Assembly (NCBI GenBank): GCA_045586725.1
Contig: JAZNAY010000001.1
Location: 74,161-138,160, forward strand
Length of the DNA: 64,000 nt
From: Elusimicrobiaceae bacterium
GTDB taxonomy: Bacteria > Elusimicrobiota > Elusimicrobia > Elusimicrobiales > Elusimicrobiaceae
Direction: 5' to 3'
This document shows, piece after piece, positions 7,829 to 17,249 of the stretch (position 1 is the first letter of the stretch; each line of letters begins with the position of its first letter). The notes under the pieces are model-generated. The model was not told the DNA's origin and did not search any database. It saw nothing but the letters and a program-made list of their open reading frames with translations. The position numbers were made by a program, and so were the translations under genes.

Positions 7829-10567
7829 TTATTTAGTCTTTTTGGCTGCGGCTTGTGCTGCTGCGAGGCGTGCTATTGGCACTCTGAACGGAGAGCATGA
7901 AACATAGTTGAAACCTTGCTTGTGGCAGAATTCTACGCTTGACGGTTCACCGCCGTGTTCACCGCAAATACCGATTTTGAGTTTCGGTTTCACTTGGCGG
8001 CCTGCTTTGACAGCATGTTTAATTAAGAAGCCGACGCCTTCCTGATCTAAGATTTGGAAAGGATCGTTCTTTAAAACACCTTGTTCAATGTAGGACGGAA
8101 CAAATGCACCGATATCATCGCGGGAGAAGCCGAAAGTCATTTGAGTCAAGTCATTAGTACCGAAAGAATAGAAATCGGCGACTTGTGCAATTTTATCTGA
8201 AGTAATTGCAGCCCTCGGGATTTCAATCATGGTACCGACATGATATTCAAATTTCTTACCGTATTTTTTGCTAACTTCTTTATAAGCTTCTTCAATTAAC
8301 GGTTTTTGGCTGATGATTTCTTTATCGATACAAACAACAGGAATCATAATTTCCGGTTTAATTTTTAAACCTTCTTTCATAAGTTCTGCTGCTGCTTCAA
8401 AAATTGCGCGTGCTTGCATTGAAGTAATTTCCGGGTAAGTTACGCCTAAGCGGATACCGCGGTGGCCCATCATCGGGTTAACTTCGGCTAAAGCATCTGC
8501 GCGTTTGTAAAACTCAGTTTCGCCGATTTTTAAGGCCTTGCAAATTGCGGCAACGGCATCTTTGCTATGCGGGATAAATTCGTGTAAAGGCGGATCCATT
8601 AAACGAATTGTTACAGGGAAACCTGCCATTGCTTTCAAGGTCGCCTTGATATCGTTCTTCATATAAAGGAAGATTTCATTTAAGGCTTTAACACGTTCTT
8701 CGGTGGTGGTTGATAAAACCATTTTGCGTAAAGCAAATAAAGGTTTTTCTGAATTTGCACCGTAGAACATGTGTTCAATTCTGAATAAACCGATACCTTC
8801 TGCGCCGAAATCGCGTGCTTTTTGTGCATCAGCCGGGTTATCGGCATTTGCGCGGACGCCTAAAGTTCTAACGGAATCGCAGATTTTTAAGAAAGCGGCC
8901 AAGTTTTTATTTGCTGTGCCGCCGTCTAACATGTTAAGTTTACCGCCGTAAACTAAACCGCGTGTACCGTTTAAGGTTAAGTAGTCGCCTTCTTTAAAGG
9001 TTTTACCGGCAACGGTCATTGTGCGTTTTGCTAAATTGACGGAAATATCACTGCAACCGACGATGCAGCATTTACCCCAACCGCGTGCAACGAGTGCAGC
9101 ATGTGAAGTCATACCGCCGCGGGCTGTTAAAATGGCCTCGGCTGCGCGCATACCTTCAACGTCTTCTGGGTTTGTTTCTTCGCGGACTAAAATTGCCGCT
9201 TTGCCTTCTTTGCGTGCTTTGATTGCAGATTCGGTATCAAAGACGATAAAACCGCAAGCGCCACCAGGACCGGCAGGTAAACCTTTTGCTAAAGGTTTAG
9301 CGGTTTTTTCTGCTTTAGGATCTACGATAGGGTGCAAAAGTTCGTCAAGTTGAGCAGGGCTTACGCGAAGTACGGCTTCGGTTTTGTTAATAAGTTTTTC
9401 TTTAACCATATCCAAAGCCATTTGGACTGCTGCAATACCGTTGCGTTTACCGACGCGGCATTGTAAAAGATATAATTTGCCGTCTTCAATGGTAAACTCA
9501 ATATCAAGCATATCTTTAAAGTGTTTTTCAAGGCGTTTTTGAATATCGTCAAGTTGTTTGTATGCTTTCGGCATTACGGTTTGTAAGAATTTATCGTCAT
9601 TACCGTGGCCGGAAACGGACCATTTGTTAATCGGGCTTGGTGTGCGGATACCGGCAACAACGTCTTCACCTTGAGCATTGATAAGATATTCGCCGTAGAA
9701 ATGGCTGTCACCGTTACCAGGGTTTCTGGTAAAAGCAACGCCGGTTGCACTTGTCGGGCCCATATTACCGAAGGCCATTGACTGCACGTTTACGGCTGTA
9801 CCCCAATCGTGGGGGATTTTTTCAATATTTCTGTATGCTACTGCGCGTTTACCGTTCCAAGAGGCAAACACAGCGCCGATTGCGCCCCAAAGTTGGTCCA
9901 TAGCATTATCAGGGAATTCTTTGCCCAAAACTTTTTTGACTTTTGCTTTAAAGGCTTTGCAAAGTTCTTTAAGTTCTGCGGCGGTTAAATCTGTATCTGA
10001 TTTATAATGTTTTTTGGCTTTGACGTTGGCAAGCATACCGTCTAAGATTTTGCGGATACCTTGGTCGTCTTTCGGTTCAATACCGGCGGCCTTTTCCATA
10101 ACGACGTCGGAATACATCATAATTAAACGGCGGTAAGCGTCATAAACAAAGCGTTCATCACCGGTTCTTGCAATCATACCGGGGATGGTTTCTAATGTCA
10201 AACCGACGTTTAAGATTGTTTCCATCATACCGGGCATTGAACTTCTTGCACCGGAGCGGACTGAAACCAAAAGCGGATTTGTTTTTGAGCCGAAAACTTT
10301 GCCTGTTTCCTTTTCAACTTTCTTTAAATTTGCGGCAACTTCGGCTTTTAAAGATTTTGGGTAAGTTCTGTTATTTTTCCAGTAGTAAGTGCAAACCTCG
10401 GTAGAGATTGTGAAACCGGGTGGCACCGGGAGTTTGAGTTTTGGGTGGCCGGCCATTTCAGCAAGATTGGCCCCTTTACCACCAAGTAGTTCCTTCATGG
10501 AACCGTTTCCGTCAGCGCGGCCTGCGCCGAAGGAATATACATATCCTTTATGTTTTTTTACTGCCAT
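7829..10567 (-). CDS. ppdK: pyruvate, phosphate dikinase
   Basis: About 912 aa with an ATP-grasp N-terminus, the phosphohistidine swivel motif GGMTSHAALVARGWGK and a C-terminal PEP-utilising TIM barrel (GICGEHGG). The start ATG at 10567 is preceded by GGAGGAATC. Confidence 0.95.
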   Translation of the reverse strand: MAVKKHKGYVYSFGAGRADGNGSMKELLGGKGANLAEMAGHPKLKLPVPPGFTISTEVCTYYWKNNRTYPKSLKAEVAANLKKVEKETGKVFGSKTNPLLVSVRSGARSSMPGMMETILNVGLTLETIPGMIARTGDERFVYDAYRRLIMMYSDVVMEKAAGIEPKDDQGIRKILDGMLANVKAKKHYKSDTDLTAAELKELCKAFKAKVKKVLGKEFPDNAMDQLWGAIGAVFASWNGKRAVAYRNIEKIPHDWGTAVNVQSMAFGNMGPTSATGVAFTRNPGNGDSHFYGEYLINAQGEDVVAGIRTPSPINKWSVSGHGNDDKFLQTVMPKAYKQLDDIQKRLEKHFKDMLDIEFTIEDGKLYLLQCRVGKRNGIAAVQMALDMVKEKLINKTEAVLRVSPAQLDELLHPIVDPKAEKTAKPLAKGLPAGPGGACGFIVFDTESAIKARKEGKAAILVREETNPEDVEGMRAAEAILTARGGMTSHAALVARGWGKCCIVGCSDISVNLAKRTMTVAGKTFKEGDYLTLNGTRGLVYGGKLNMLDGGTANKNLAAFLKICDSVRTLGVRANADNPADAQKARDFGAEGIGLFRIEHMFYGANSEKPLFALRKMVLSTTTEERVKALNEIFLYMKNDIKATLKAMAGFPVTIRLMDPPLHEFIPHSKDAVAAICKALKIGETEFYKRADALAEVNPMMGHRGIRLGVTYPEITSMQARAIFEAAAELMKEGLKIKPEIMIPVVCIDKEIISQKPLIEEAYKEVSKKYGKKFEYHVGTMIEIPRAAITSDKIAQVADFYSFGTNDLTQMTFGFSRDDIGAFVPSYIEQGVLKNDPFQILDQEGVGFLIKHAVKAGRQVKPKLKIGICGEHGGEPSSVEFCHKQGFNYVSCSPFRVPIARLAAAQAAAKKTK

Positions 10568-10686
10568 GATTCCTCCATACATAATAAATGCGGGGTTTGT
10601 TTACTGTTTCCCGCCTAAATACTTTACAATAAATTATACCATTTTTGGAGATATGAGTTTAGGGTAATAGAATAGAAGTGAAAGGC

Positions 10687-11178
10687 TTATTTGCAAAGTT
10701 TTGCCAATATTTTATTGGCTTCAATCCAAGCATCTTCCACTGATACTGCATGATATTGTTTCATGCTTAAACTGTCTGAAACTATCTTTATTGCCTTAAC
10801 TTTTGGGAAAATATTGGCAATAGTATAAAGTTCCATATCAAAAATGCCTTTATTTTTTGTTTCCGTTACGAAGTTATTTGAAGAATAACATTTTGCACCG
10901 TTTCTGCAAAGTTTAATTTCTTTATATTCAACGAAATTAGATTTAATTTCACTTGCGGAAACTGCCACTTGATGTACTGTTCCCACCGGCGAAATATTTG
11001 AACCGCAATAACCGATATTAAATATTTTATCCTTGCTTGTAATCTTCTTGTTTAGCAGTAATTTGGAAATTGTTTTTATTACATTAAATTCACCCATACC
11101 GGTAAGAATAATCTTACTGTTTGGGATTTTTTTAACTTGTTTTGCTTCGTCTTTTGTGGCGATAATAATTATGTTCAT
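10687..11178 (-). CDS. short phosphorylase-family (PNP_UDP_1 / MTA-SAH nucleosidase-like) protein
   Basis: 163 aa. By eye it aligns to MTAN blocks: LTGMGEFNV ~ KSGIGKVAA, NIGYCGS ~ NTGSAGG, FDMELYTIANI ~ VEMEATAIAHV, IKIVSDS ~ VRAISDV. It is about 70 aa shorter than canonical MTAN. Confidence 0.5.
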   Translation of the reverse strand: MNIIIIATKDEAKQVKKIPNSKIILTGMGEFNVIKTISKLLLNKKITSKDKIFNIGYCGSNISPVGTVHQVAVSASEIKSNFVEYKEIKLCRNGAKCYSSNNFVTETKNKGIFDMELYTIANIFPKVKAIKIVSDSLSMKQYHAVSVEDAWIEANKILAKLCK

Positions 11179-11186
11179 AATTTATA

Positions 11187-11882
11187 CTATAACTTATACA
11201 CAAAAGAAAGTAAAGCATCTTTTGTACCGTCGCGGCGGTAGGAAAAGAAATCTTTTTTATTGCAACTTGTGCATTGGCAATGGCAGCCTTTTTGTATTTC
11301 TTTTTCTTCAACACCGGCGGCGGTAAGTTGCAAAACTATGGCTTTATCAAGGTCTACAAAAATTTTATTTTCCCTATGAATAACTGCTTCTTTGGGGAAT
11401 TTACTTGCAACATCTTCCTTAACTTCAAAGCAACAATCTTTAATATGTGGGCCGATATAAGCTTGTAATTTTTCCGTAGTTTTTGTTTTGATGAGTTCCG
11501 CTGCTTTTCTAGGCAGTTCCTGCACTACACCGCGCCATCCGCAATGCGTTAAAGATACATATTTGCCGTCGCCAGACCATAAATAGAGCGGAACACAATC
11601 GGCAGTTAAAATCATAGTACCTGTTTGCGGTAAAGATAAAAGCCAACCGTCTGCTTCGTGCAAATTTTGTGCATTATAATTTTTTAAATCTTCTTCATTA
11701 TTTATGCTGATAATTTTATCCCCATGCACTTGTTTTAAACCAAGAATTTTGGAGGGGGGGATACCCAAACTTTCAAAAATTTTTGCGGCAATTTCTTTGT
11801 CCCGTGCTGAGCCAAAATCACGCCCAACAGTACCGGAAATTATGCCCAAATTTATTAATCTTTCATCGGAATAAATGTTCAT
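11187..11882 (-). CDS. pgeF: peptidoglycan editing factor PgeF / YfiH (DUF152) family
   Basis: Motifs QVHGDKI, ADCVPL and THCGWRG. Confidence 0.85.
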   Translation of the reverse strand: MNIYSDERLINLGIISGTVGRDFGSARDKEIAAKIFESLGIPPSKILGLKQVHGDKIISINNEEDLKNYNAQNLHEADGWLLSLPQTGTMILTADCVPLYLWSGDGKYVSLTHCGWRGVVQELPRKAAELIKTKTTEKLQAYIGPHIKDCCFEVKEDVASKFPKEAVIHRENKIFVDLDKAIVLQLTAAGVEEKEIQKGCHCQCTSCNKKDFFSYRRDGTKDALLSFVYKL

Positions 11883-12676
11883 TTTGCTAACTCTGCTTTA
11901 ATAGATTTTTGATTTAAAATTATTTTGGCTAGGCTTTCAAAATGTTTGGGTGCGTCACTTGTGTAGGCTTTGATAGCGCCTTTCTTTTTAGCGGTGTTTA
12001 ATAATTTTTTTTGCGCTAAGATATTTTTTGTTTCAAGTGCGGTATTATGTGCAGAATCAATAAGTTTTACTTTAGGCCCTAGCATCTTCGCAATTTGATT
12101 TTTAATTATCGGGTAGTGTGTGCAACCTAAAATCAAAGTGTCTGCCCCACATTTTTTGACAGGTGCAAGATAGTATTTAAGCATTGTCGGAAGTAAAGTT
12201 TTAAGCAATTTCTTATCTTCAATTAAGGGTACTAAAAGAGGGCAGGCAAATTGATAAACTTTTAAATTTTTGTTTAATTTTGAAATGGTATTTTTATAAC
12301 TGTTACTGTTAACCGTTGCTTGCGTTGCTATGACGGCAATTTTGCCGTTTTTTGTCGTTTTTACTGCCTGTTTTGCAGCAGGCATTAAAACACCCAGCAA
12401 ATCAACTTTTGCAATTTTTTTAATGCTCGGTAAAGCCAAAGCGGATGCGGTGTTACAACCCACAATAATGAATTTAACTTTTTTATTTTCCAAAAATTTT
12501 ACGATTTCAGTTGAATATTTTGTAACGGCGGTTTGTGATTTATTGCCGTAAGGAACATGCGCGGTATCACCAAAATAGATAATATCCTCAGAAGGCAAAA
12601 CCTGTTGCAATGCTTTTAAGATAGTAAGCCCACCGACGCCTGAATCAAATAAACCGATGGGGGCTTTGTTTTGCAT
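11879..12676 (-). CDS. murI: glutamate racemase
   Basis: Motifs IGLFDSGVGGLT, GCNTAS and GCTHYP. Confidence 0.9.
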   Translation of the reverse strand: MQNKAPIGLFDSGVGGLTILKALQQVLPSEDIIYFGDTAHVPYGNKSQTAVTKYSTEIVKFLENKKVKFIIVGCNTASALALPSIKKIAKVDLLGVLMPAAKQAVKTTKNGKIAVIATQATVNSNSYKNTISKLNKNLKVYQFACPLLVPLIEDKKLLKTLLPTMLKYYLAPVKKCGADTLILGCTHYPIIKNQIAKMLGPKVKLIDSAHNTALETKNILAQKKLLNTAKKKGAIKAYTSDAPKHFESLAKIILNQKSIKAELAK

Positions 12677-12677
12677 A

Positions 12678-13397
12678 TTAGAACCTTACGCCGAAATTGG
12701 CTTCATAACCGACGCCGTAAGAAGCGAAATTAGCAGCCAAACTTAAGTCCATATAATTAGGTAGTTTAAAGTTTAAGCCTGCTGTTCCACGTGCTGTTGT
12801 TGTGTATGATTTCGTGTCTGCTAAAGCACCGCTTTCCACTGTAAGAATCATATAATCAACACCACCGCCTACATAAGGGGTAACATAAGGTGTTTTGAAA
12901 GATACAACCAAATTCCCACTATAATGTGAAACGGAAAAATCGCGATACACGCCTGATTGCGCTAAAGAGACTAACATAGCCTGGAAAGTGTAATCTTCAT
13001 CACGCGGACGTGTTATACCCCATTTAAGGCCACCGCCGGCTAGTGTTAAACCATCATAGGAAATTGCGCGGATAAAACCATCCAATCTAAACGGTAAACC
13101 GATTTCCCCTTGAATAAGCGGCATAAATAAATTTTTATTGTCATCACCTAAAGCGGTATTTTTTTTATTTAGACGCGGGACATATACACCGTGCATAGAA
13201 AGTTGGAAACCACCCCAACCCAAAATACGCCCCGTGCTGTAAGAAGAAGCCCCTAACATTGCTGCCAAATCTTTTGAAAAATATGGCAAATTTTGTGTCG
13301 TCACATTGGTTCTAAAATTGTCAAAAGAAGATAAAGCCATTGCAAATGTCGGCGTAAAAAGTAAAGTTAAAATTAGAAGTTTTTTAATTGTGTTCAT
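12678..13397 (-). CDS. putative outer-membrane beta-barrel protein
   Basis: Signal peptide ending FAMA, alternating hydrophobic strands, G/Y-rich composition and a C-terminal FGVRF. Confidence 0.5.
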   Translation of the reverse strand: MNTIKKLLILTLLFTPTFAMALSSFDNFRTNVTTQNLPYFSKDLAAMLGASSYSTGRILGWGGFQLSMHGVYVPRLNKKNTALGDDNKNLFMPLIQGEIGLPFRLDGFIRAISYDGLTLAGGGLKWGITRPRDEDYTFQAMLVSLAQSGVYRDFSVSHYSGNLVVSFKTPYVTPYVGGGVDYMILTVESGALADTKSYTTTARGTAGLNFKLPNYMDLSLAANFASYGVGYEANFGVRF

Positions 13398-13426
13398 AAA
13401 TAGTTCCCCTAATAATTATATAAAAA

Positions 13427-13768
13427 CTAAAGCGTAAATGCCAAAGTTTCGTCTTTTTTAAGTCGCCCTTTCAAAGTTCCGGCAGGAAGTTCCACCGTAT
13501 ACTTCGATTTTAAAAACAGCGGGCTTACGCGCCATGGCGGCATATTCTCAATAATATGCAAGACTTTTAAATCTTTGTCTAAAAAAATCACGTCTATATT
13601 AAACCTCATAAAACAAGTATGAATTTGCGTACAAGGTTTTAAAACTATGCCACTACCGGCTGCTAAATTTTTCTTAAACATTAACCCAATTAAACGACTG
13701 AAGTATGTATCATTCATTTTTAAGTCGTCGGCAAAAACTTCTTGCGTTTTGGGGTTAAAACATCTCAT
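13427..13768 (-). CDS. DUF192 domain protein
   Basis: 113 aa with the DUF192-like pattern (RLIGLMF, PCTQIHTCFMRF, DVIFLD, YTVELPAG). Confidence 0.7.
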   Translation of the reverse strand: MRCFNPKTQEVFADDLKMNDTYFSRLIGLMFKKNLAAGSGIVLKPCTQIHTCFMRFNIDVIFLDKDLKVLHIIENMPPWRVSPLFLKSKYTVELPAGTLKGRLKKDETLAFTL

Positions 13769-14301
13769 AACAAATCTTTTGTTTCCTTAATTAGCCAATT
13801 GCGAAAATTATTTTTATATTTTTTATTTATAAATCTAAAGTCTTGCGGTGTAGTTACACGATATAAAGTCTTATTTCCTTTTTGGTAACTTGAAACTAAA
13901 AATGTTGTGCTTATGTCGCTATCAAAAGAAACTTTCGCGATAACTAAATTCTTGTCTTTCACTTTTTTTGTGCTTATTAACGTGTAAGGAATTTTATTAC
14001 AGGCCGTTCTTGTACTTAATACACCTTCAAAACCTGCGATAATTTTATTAGCAATTTCGTTATTCAGCAGTGCAATATTTTCAAATTCTCCGTCATCTTT
14101 TTCAAATATAACAGTTCTTACTACAGAACCCTCAGATAAAGAAACATTTTCTATTTTGAAAATTTTGCAAAAAGTTATGGTTGCTTCACTATCTTTTTCA
14201 CTCTCAAAAGCAGAAATTTCAAGCGCACTTGCACTTGTCGTAAATATTAGGCAAGATAGCAAAACAACGGCAAAAAACTTAGTCGTTAACCCTTTCAACA
14301 T
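13765..14301 (-). CDS. hypothetical secreted protein
   Basis: The only in-frame ATG giving a signal peptide (MLKGLTTKFFAVVLLSCLIFTTSASA) is at 14301. It overlaps the last 23 nt of efp. The ORF-track start at 14370 would lie deep inside efp. Confidence 0.45.
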   Translation of the reverse strand: MLKGLTTKFFAVVLLSCLIFTTSASALEISAFESEKDSEATITFCKIFKIENVSLSEGSVVRTVIFEKDDGEFENIALLNNEIANKIIAGFEGVLSTRTACNKIPYTLISTKKVKDKNLVIAKVSFDSDISTTFLVSSYQKGNKTLYRVTTPQDFRFINKKYKNNFRNWLIKETKDLL

Positions 14302-14845
14302 AGGTATCGGTCCTCGTATCAATTCTGATTTTATCGCCTTCATTGATAAAGAGGGGGACTTTAATTTCAATACCGCCTTCTAAAGTGGCAGGTTTTGTCA
14401 TGTTTGAAACCGTATCACCTTTTACACCCGGTACCGTTGAAGTAACTTTTAAATCTACTTTAATCGGGAGTTGGATGTTAAAAAGTACACCGTCGAAGAA
14501 AAGACCGATAACTTCCATATTGTCAACCAGATATTTTTCTTGTTTACCGAGTTTCGCAAGTGGTACGCCAATTTGTTCAAAAGATTCTGCATCCATAAAA
14601 TAAGCCATATCGCCTTCCTTATAAAGGAAATTATGCGGGCGTTTTTCAATAACGACTTCTTCAAATTTATCTTCAGGGCGGTAGCTGGTTTCAATTAATG
14701 AACCTGTGTTTAAATTTTTGAGTTTAACACGTACAACTGCGCGTGCCTGTGATTTGCGGTGATGTTGATATTCCAAAATTTCAACGAGTTCACCATTTTC
14801 ATTTTTGAAAATTAAACCTTCTTTAAATTGCGGTGTTCCTATCAT
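14279..14845 (-). CDS. efp: elongation factor P
   Basis: 188 aa with the typical EF-P sequence (VRVKLKNLNTGS, KPATLEGG, three OB/KOW-like domains). Confidence 0.95.
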   Translation of the reverse strand: MIGTPQFKEGLIFKNENGELVEILEYQHHRKSQARAVVRVKLKNLNTGSLIETSYRPEDKFEEVVIEKRPHNFLYKEGDMAYFMDAESFEQIGVPLAKLGKQEKYLVDNMEVIGLFFDGVLFNIQLPIKVDLKVTSTVPGVKGDTVSNMTKPATLEGGIEIKVPLFINEGDKIRIDTRTDTYVERVND

Positions 14846-14854
14846 AATATTCTC

Positions 14855-15892
14855 CTATTTAGTTAATTTTATACTGCCTGTTTTTGTTATTAAAAAGGTA
14901 TCTTCATACCTAATACCAAATTTGTTTTTAAAATAAAGCCCCGGCTCTATCGTAGTTAATGCATTTTCTTTTACTGTGTCTTCGCTCTTTTGGGATAATA
15001 TCGGGCGCTCATGTATTTCAAGCCCCAAATTGTGCCCGAGTGAATGTATAAAATATTTTGAAGCATCAAAATTATCTTCAAAATAATTGCGTGCCAAAGT
15101 ATCAAGTTCTTTTGCACCTTTGCCTGATTTAAGGGCTTTGTGTGCGACGGTGTAAGCTTCAAAAACCGCCTCAAAATAATGCTTAAATTCTTGCGAAGGT
15201 TTTTTGCCGAACCAAAAACTGCGCGTCATATCAGAGCAATAACCTTTATATCGGCAACCGAAATCTACTAAGACCGGCATTTCCTGTTTTAATTTCAAAT
15301 TTGAATTTGTATGGTGCGGGTTTGCGGTGTTTTTACCGAAGGCCATAATTGTATCAAAAGCAAGCCCTTGCCCACCGAGTTCTGCCATAATACCTTCAAG
15401 CAATTTTGCAGCCTGAATTTCTGTCATACCTGCTTTTAATTTTTTCTTAAAAATTTCAAAACTTTTTGAGGATATTTCGCAAGCCTTTTTTATAAGTTTT
15501 ATTTCGTCTTTTGTTTTAACTTCGCGGATAATAGAAGTTATTTTTGCCATTTCCTTAACGCCTGCTCTATATAAGGCTATTCCGTTTAAATAAGTGGATG
15601 CACAAGGGTCAAAAACAAAATTTTTGGCTTGTTTACCAAGGTTTTTTATAAGGTCATTAATATCGAGTGAATTTACAAAATTTAAAAACGGGCATTTAGT
15701 TTTTATGTCAATTAAGTACATTTCTTTTGTATAGCAAGTGGCTTTTTTAGGGGTTACTAGTAAAAAAGCATCGCCGTCGCTTACAAAAGTAAAAGAGGTT
15801 AAATAATTAATTGTCAAAATATCTGTAATTACAGCACCGCCGATTTTTTGCGCGGCTAGATATTTTTGAAATTTTTTAAGTGTTTCCGTCAT
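14855..15892 (-). CDS. M24 family Xaa-Pro aminopeptidase/dipeptidase
   Basis: Creatinase-like N-terminal domain plus pita-bread fold metal ligands (DFGCRYKGYCSDMTR, HSLGHNLGLEIHE, TIEPGLY, YEDT). Confidence 0.85.
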   Translation of the reverse strand: MTETLKKFQKYLAAQKIGGAVITDILTINYLTSFTFVSDGDAFLLVTPKKATCYTKEMYLIDIKTKCPFLNFVNSLDINDLIKNLGKQAKNFVFDPCASTYLNGIALYRAGVKEMAKITSIIREVKTKDEIKLIKKACEISSKSFEIFKKKLKAGMTEIQAAKLLEGIMAELGGQGLAFDTIMAFGKNTANPHHTNSNLKLKQEMPVLVDFGCRYKGYCSDMTRSFWFGKKPSQEFKHYFEAVFEAYTVAHKALKSGKGAKELDTLARNYFEDNFDASKYFIHSLGHNLGLEIHERPILSQKSEDTVKENALTTIEPGLYFKNKFGIRYEDTFLITKTGSIKLTK

Positions 15893-16938
15893 TTTATTTG
15901 TTTTGCCCCTGTTTTAGTCATATAAAAACAGTCTTCATGGCGTACGCCGAATTTGCCCGGCAAATAGATACCAGGTTCAATACTAAAGCAATAATTTAGG
16001 CCGATTTTATTTTTGTTTAATTCAGAAATATCTGCAAGTTCATGGTCTTGCATACCGATACCGTGGCCTGTTCGGTGGGTAAAATAGCCCCCATAACCTG
16101 CTTTTTTAATAACACCGCGGGAAAGCGCATCGATTTGTGCACCTGTCATGCCGTATTTTGCTTTTTTTACGGCGGTATCATGTGCTAAAATTGCAAGATC
16201 CAAAATCTTTTGATATTCCGGGTTTACTTTGTCACCAAACCAGAAACATCTGGTAATATCTGAGCAATAGCCTTTATAAACACAACCGAAATCAAGCAAA
16301 ACTGCGGTATTATTTTTTAATTTAGTATCGTCAGGCAAATGGTGTGGGTTTGCGCCGTTTGCGCCAAAGGACACTAAAGGAACAAAAGACATTGCCGTTG
16401 CGCCGCGCTCGCGCATAAACATTTCAATTTTAAGCGCGACTTGCTTTTCCGTCATACCTGCTTTGATTTCTTTTTTAATATAGAGAAAAGCACCGTAAGC
16501 AAGTTGTGCGGCCTCTTTCATTATTTTTATTTCTTGTTCAGTTTTTGTGGCACGAACTAAATTAATAAAATTGGAAACGGTCTTAAAACCGGCTTTTTTA
16601 TATTCTTTTGCTTGTGCAAAAAACTCTTTGTTTTCGTCAAAAGCGACTGCTTTTAATTTGAGTGTTTTTGCCTGTTTAATAATTTCAAAATGCTGGCCCT
16701 GTTCAAGAGGTATAAATTTGGCTTTTGGGAAATATTTTTTTGAATCGTTTTCATATAATGGGCGTGTAACAATTACAAGGCCTTTTTTGTGAATAAGAAG
16801 TGTAGCCTCGCCTTCACAGAAAATCTCTCCTAACAAGTAGTTCATGTCGTGAACATCTGTTAAGATAAGCCCATCTAATTTGTTTTTATTTAGGGCTGTA
16901 AGAATATTTTTAAATTTTGATTGATCAATACCGGGCAT
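15889..16938 (-). CDS. M24 family Xaa-Pro aminopeptidase/dipeptidase (tandem paralog)
   Basis: Same ligand pattern as its neighbour (DFGCVYKGYCSDITR, HRTGHGIGMQDHE, SIEPGIY, HEDC). Overlaps the downstream paralog by 4 nt. Confidence 0.85.
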   Translation of the reverse strand: MPGIDQSKFKNILTALNKNKLDGLILTDVHDMNYLLGEIFCEGEATLLIHKKGLVIVTRPLYENDSKKYFPKAKFIPLEQGQHFEIIKQAKTLKLKAVAFDENKEFFAQAKEYKKAGFKTVSNFINLVRATKTEQEIKIMKEAAQLAYGAFLYIKKEIKAGMTEKQVALKIEMFMRERGATAMSFVPLVSFGANGANPHHLPDDTKLKNNTAVLLDFGCVYKGYCSDITRCFWFGDKVNPEYQKILDLAILAHDTAVKKAKYGMTGAQIDALSRGVIKKAGYGGYFTHRTGHGIGMQDHELADISELNKNKIGLNYCFSIEPGIYLPGKFGVRHEDCFYMTKTGAKQIK

Positions 16939-17011
16939 AAGACCTCTCTACATTATACCAATTATAGAGAGGGTTTGTGTGATAGTTTTACATGTTAATG
17001 TTCCGTAATAG

Positions 17012-17186
17012 GAAAATCTACAGTTTTCATTTTTTGCTAGCGGCGTCTTTTGGGCTAATTTAAATTTTTCCTTTCCTAGAATACCGAAAATCGCTTCGCT
17101 CCTATACTTCTGGGTATTCGTCGTCAAGGAGAAAATTTAAATTATCTCCAAAATACTTGCTAGGTGTGTGTACTTACGGTGCGGCT
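17012..17186 (+). repeat. structured intergenic element, copy C (diverged)
   Basis: Collinear with 54207..54378. Shares the core TCGCTTCGCTCC, GTCGTC, AAAATACTTG and ACGGTGCGGCT. Its arms differ from copy A but stay complementary (TAATTTAAATTTT/AAAATTTAAATTA; GAATACC/GGTATTC). Confidence 0.75.
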
Positions 17187-17249
17187 TTTTTAATATAAAA
17201 CCCCGGTTAAATAAACCGAGGTTTTATAAACTTTCCTTGATTTCCATTT

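Noticed and set aside
8769-10667. Multiple 60-110 aa ORFs antisense or out of frame within ppdK, with similar ones inside adhE, feoB, uvrB, pnp, aas, oadA and others
   Set aside because: They are fully embedded in long, motif-supported genes. They lack RBSs and have no recognisable motifs.
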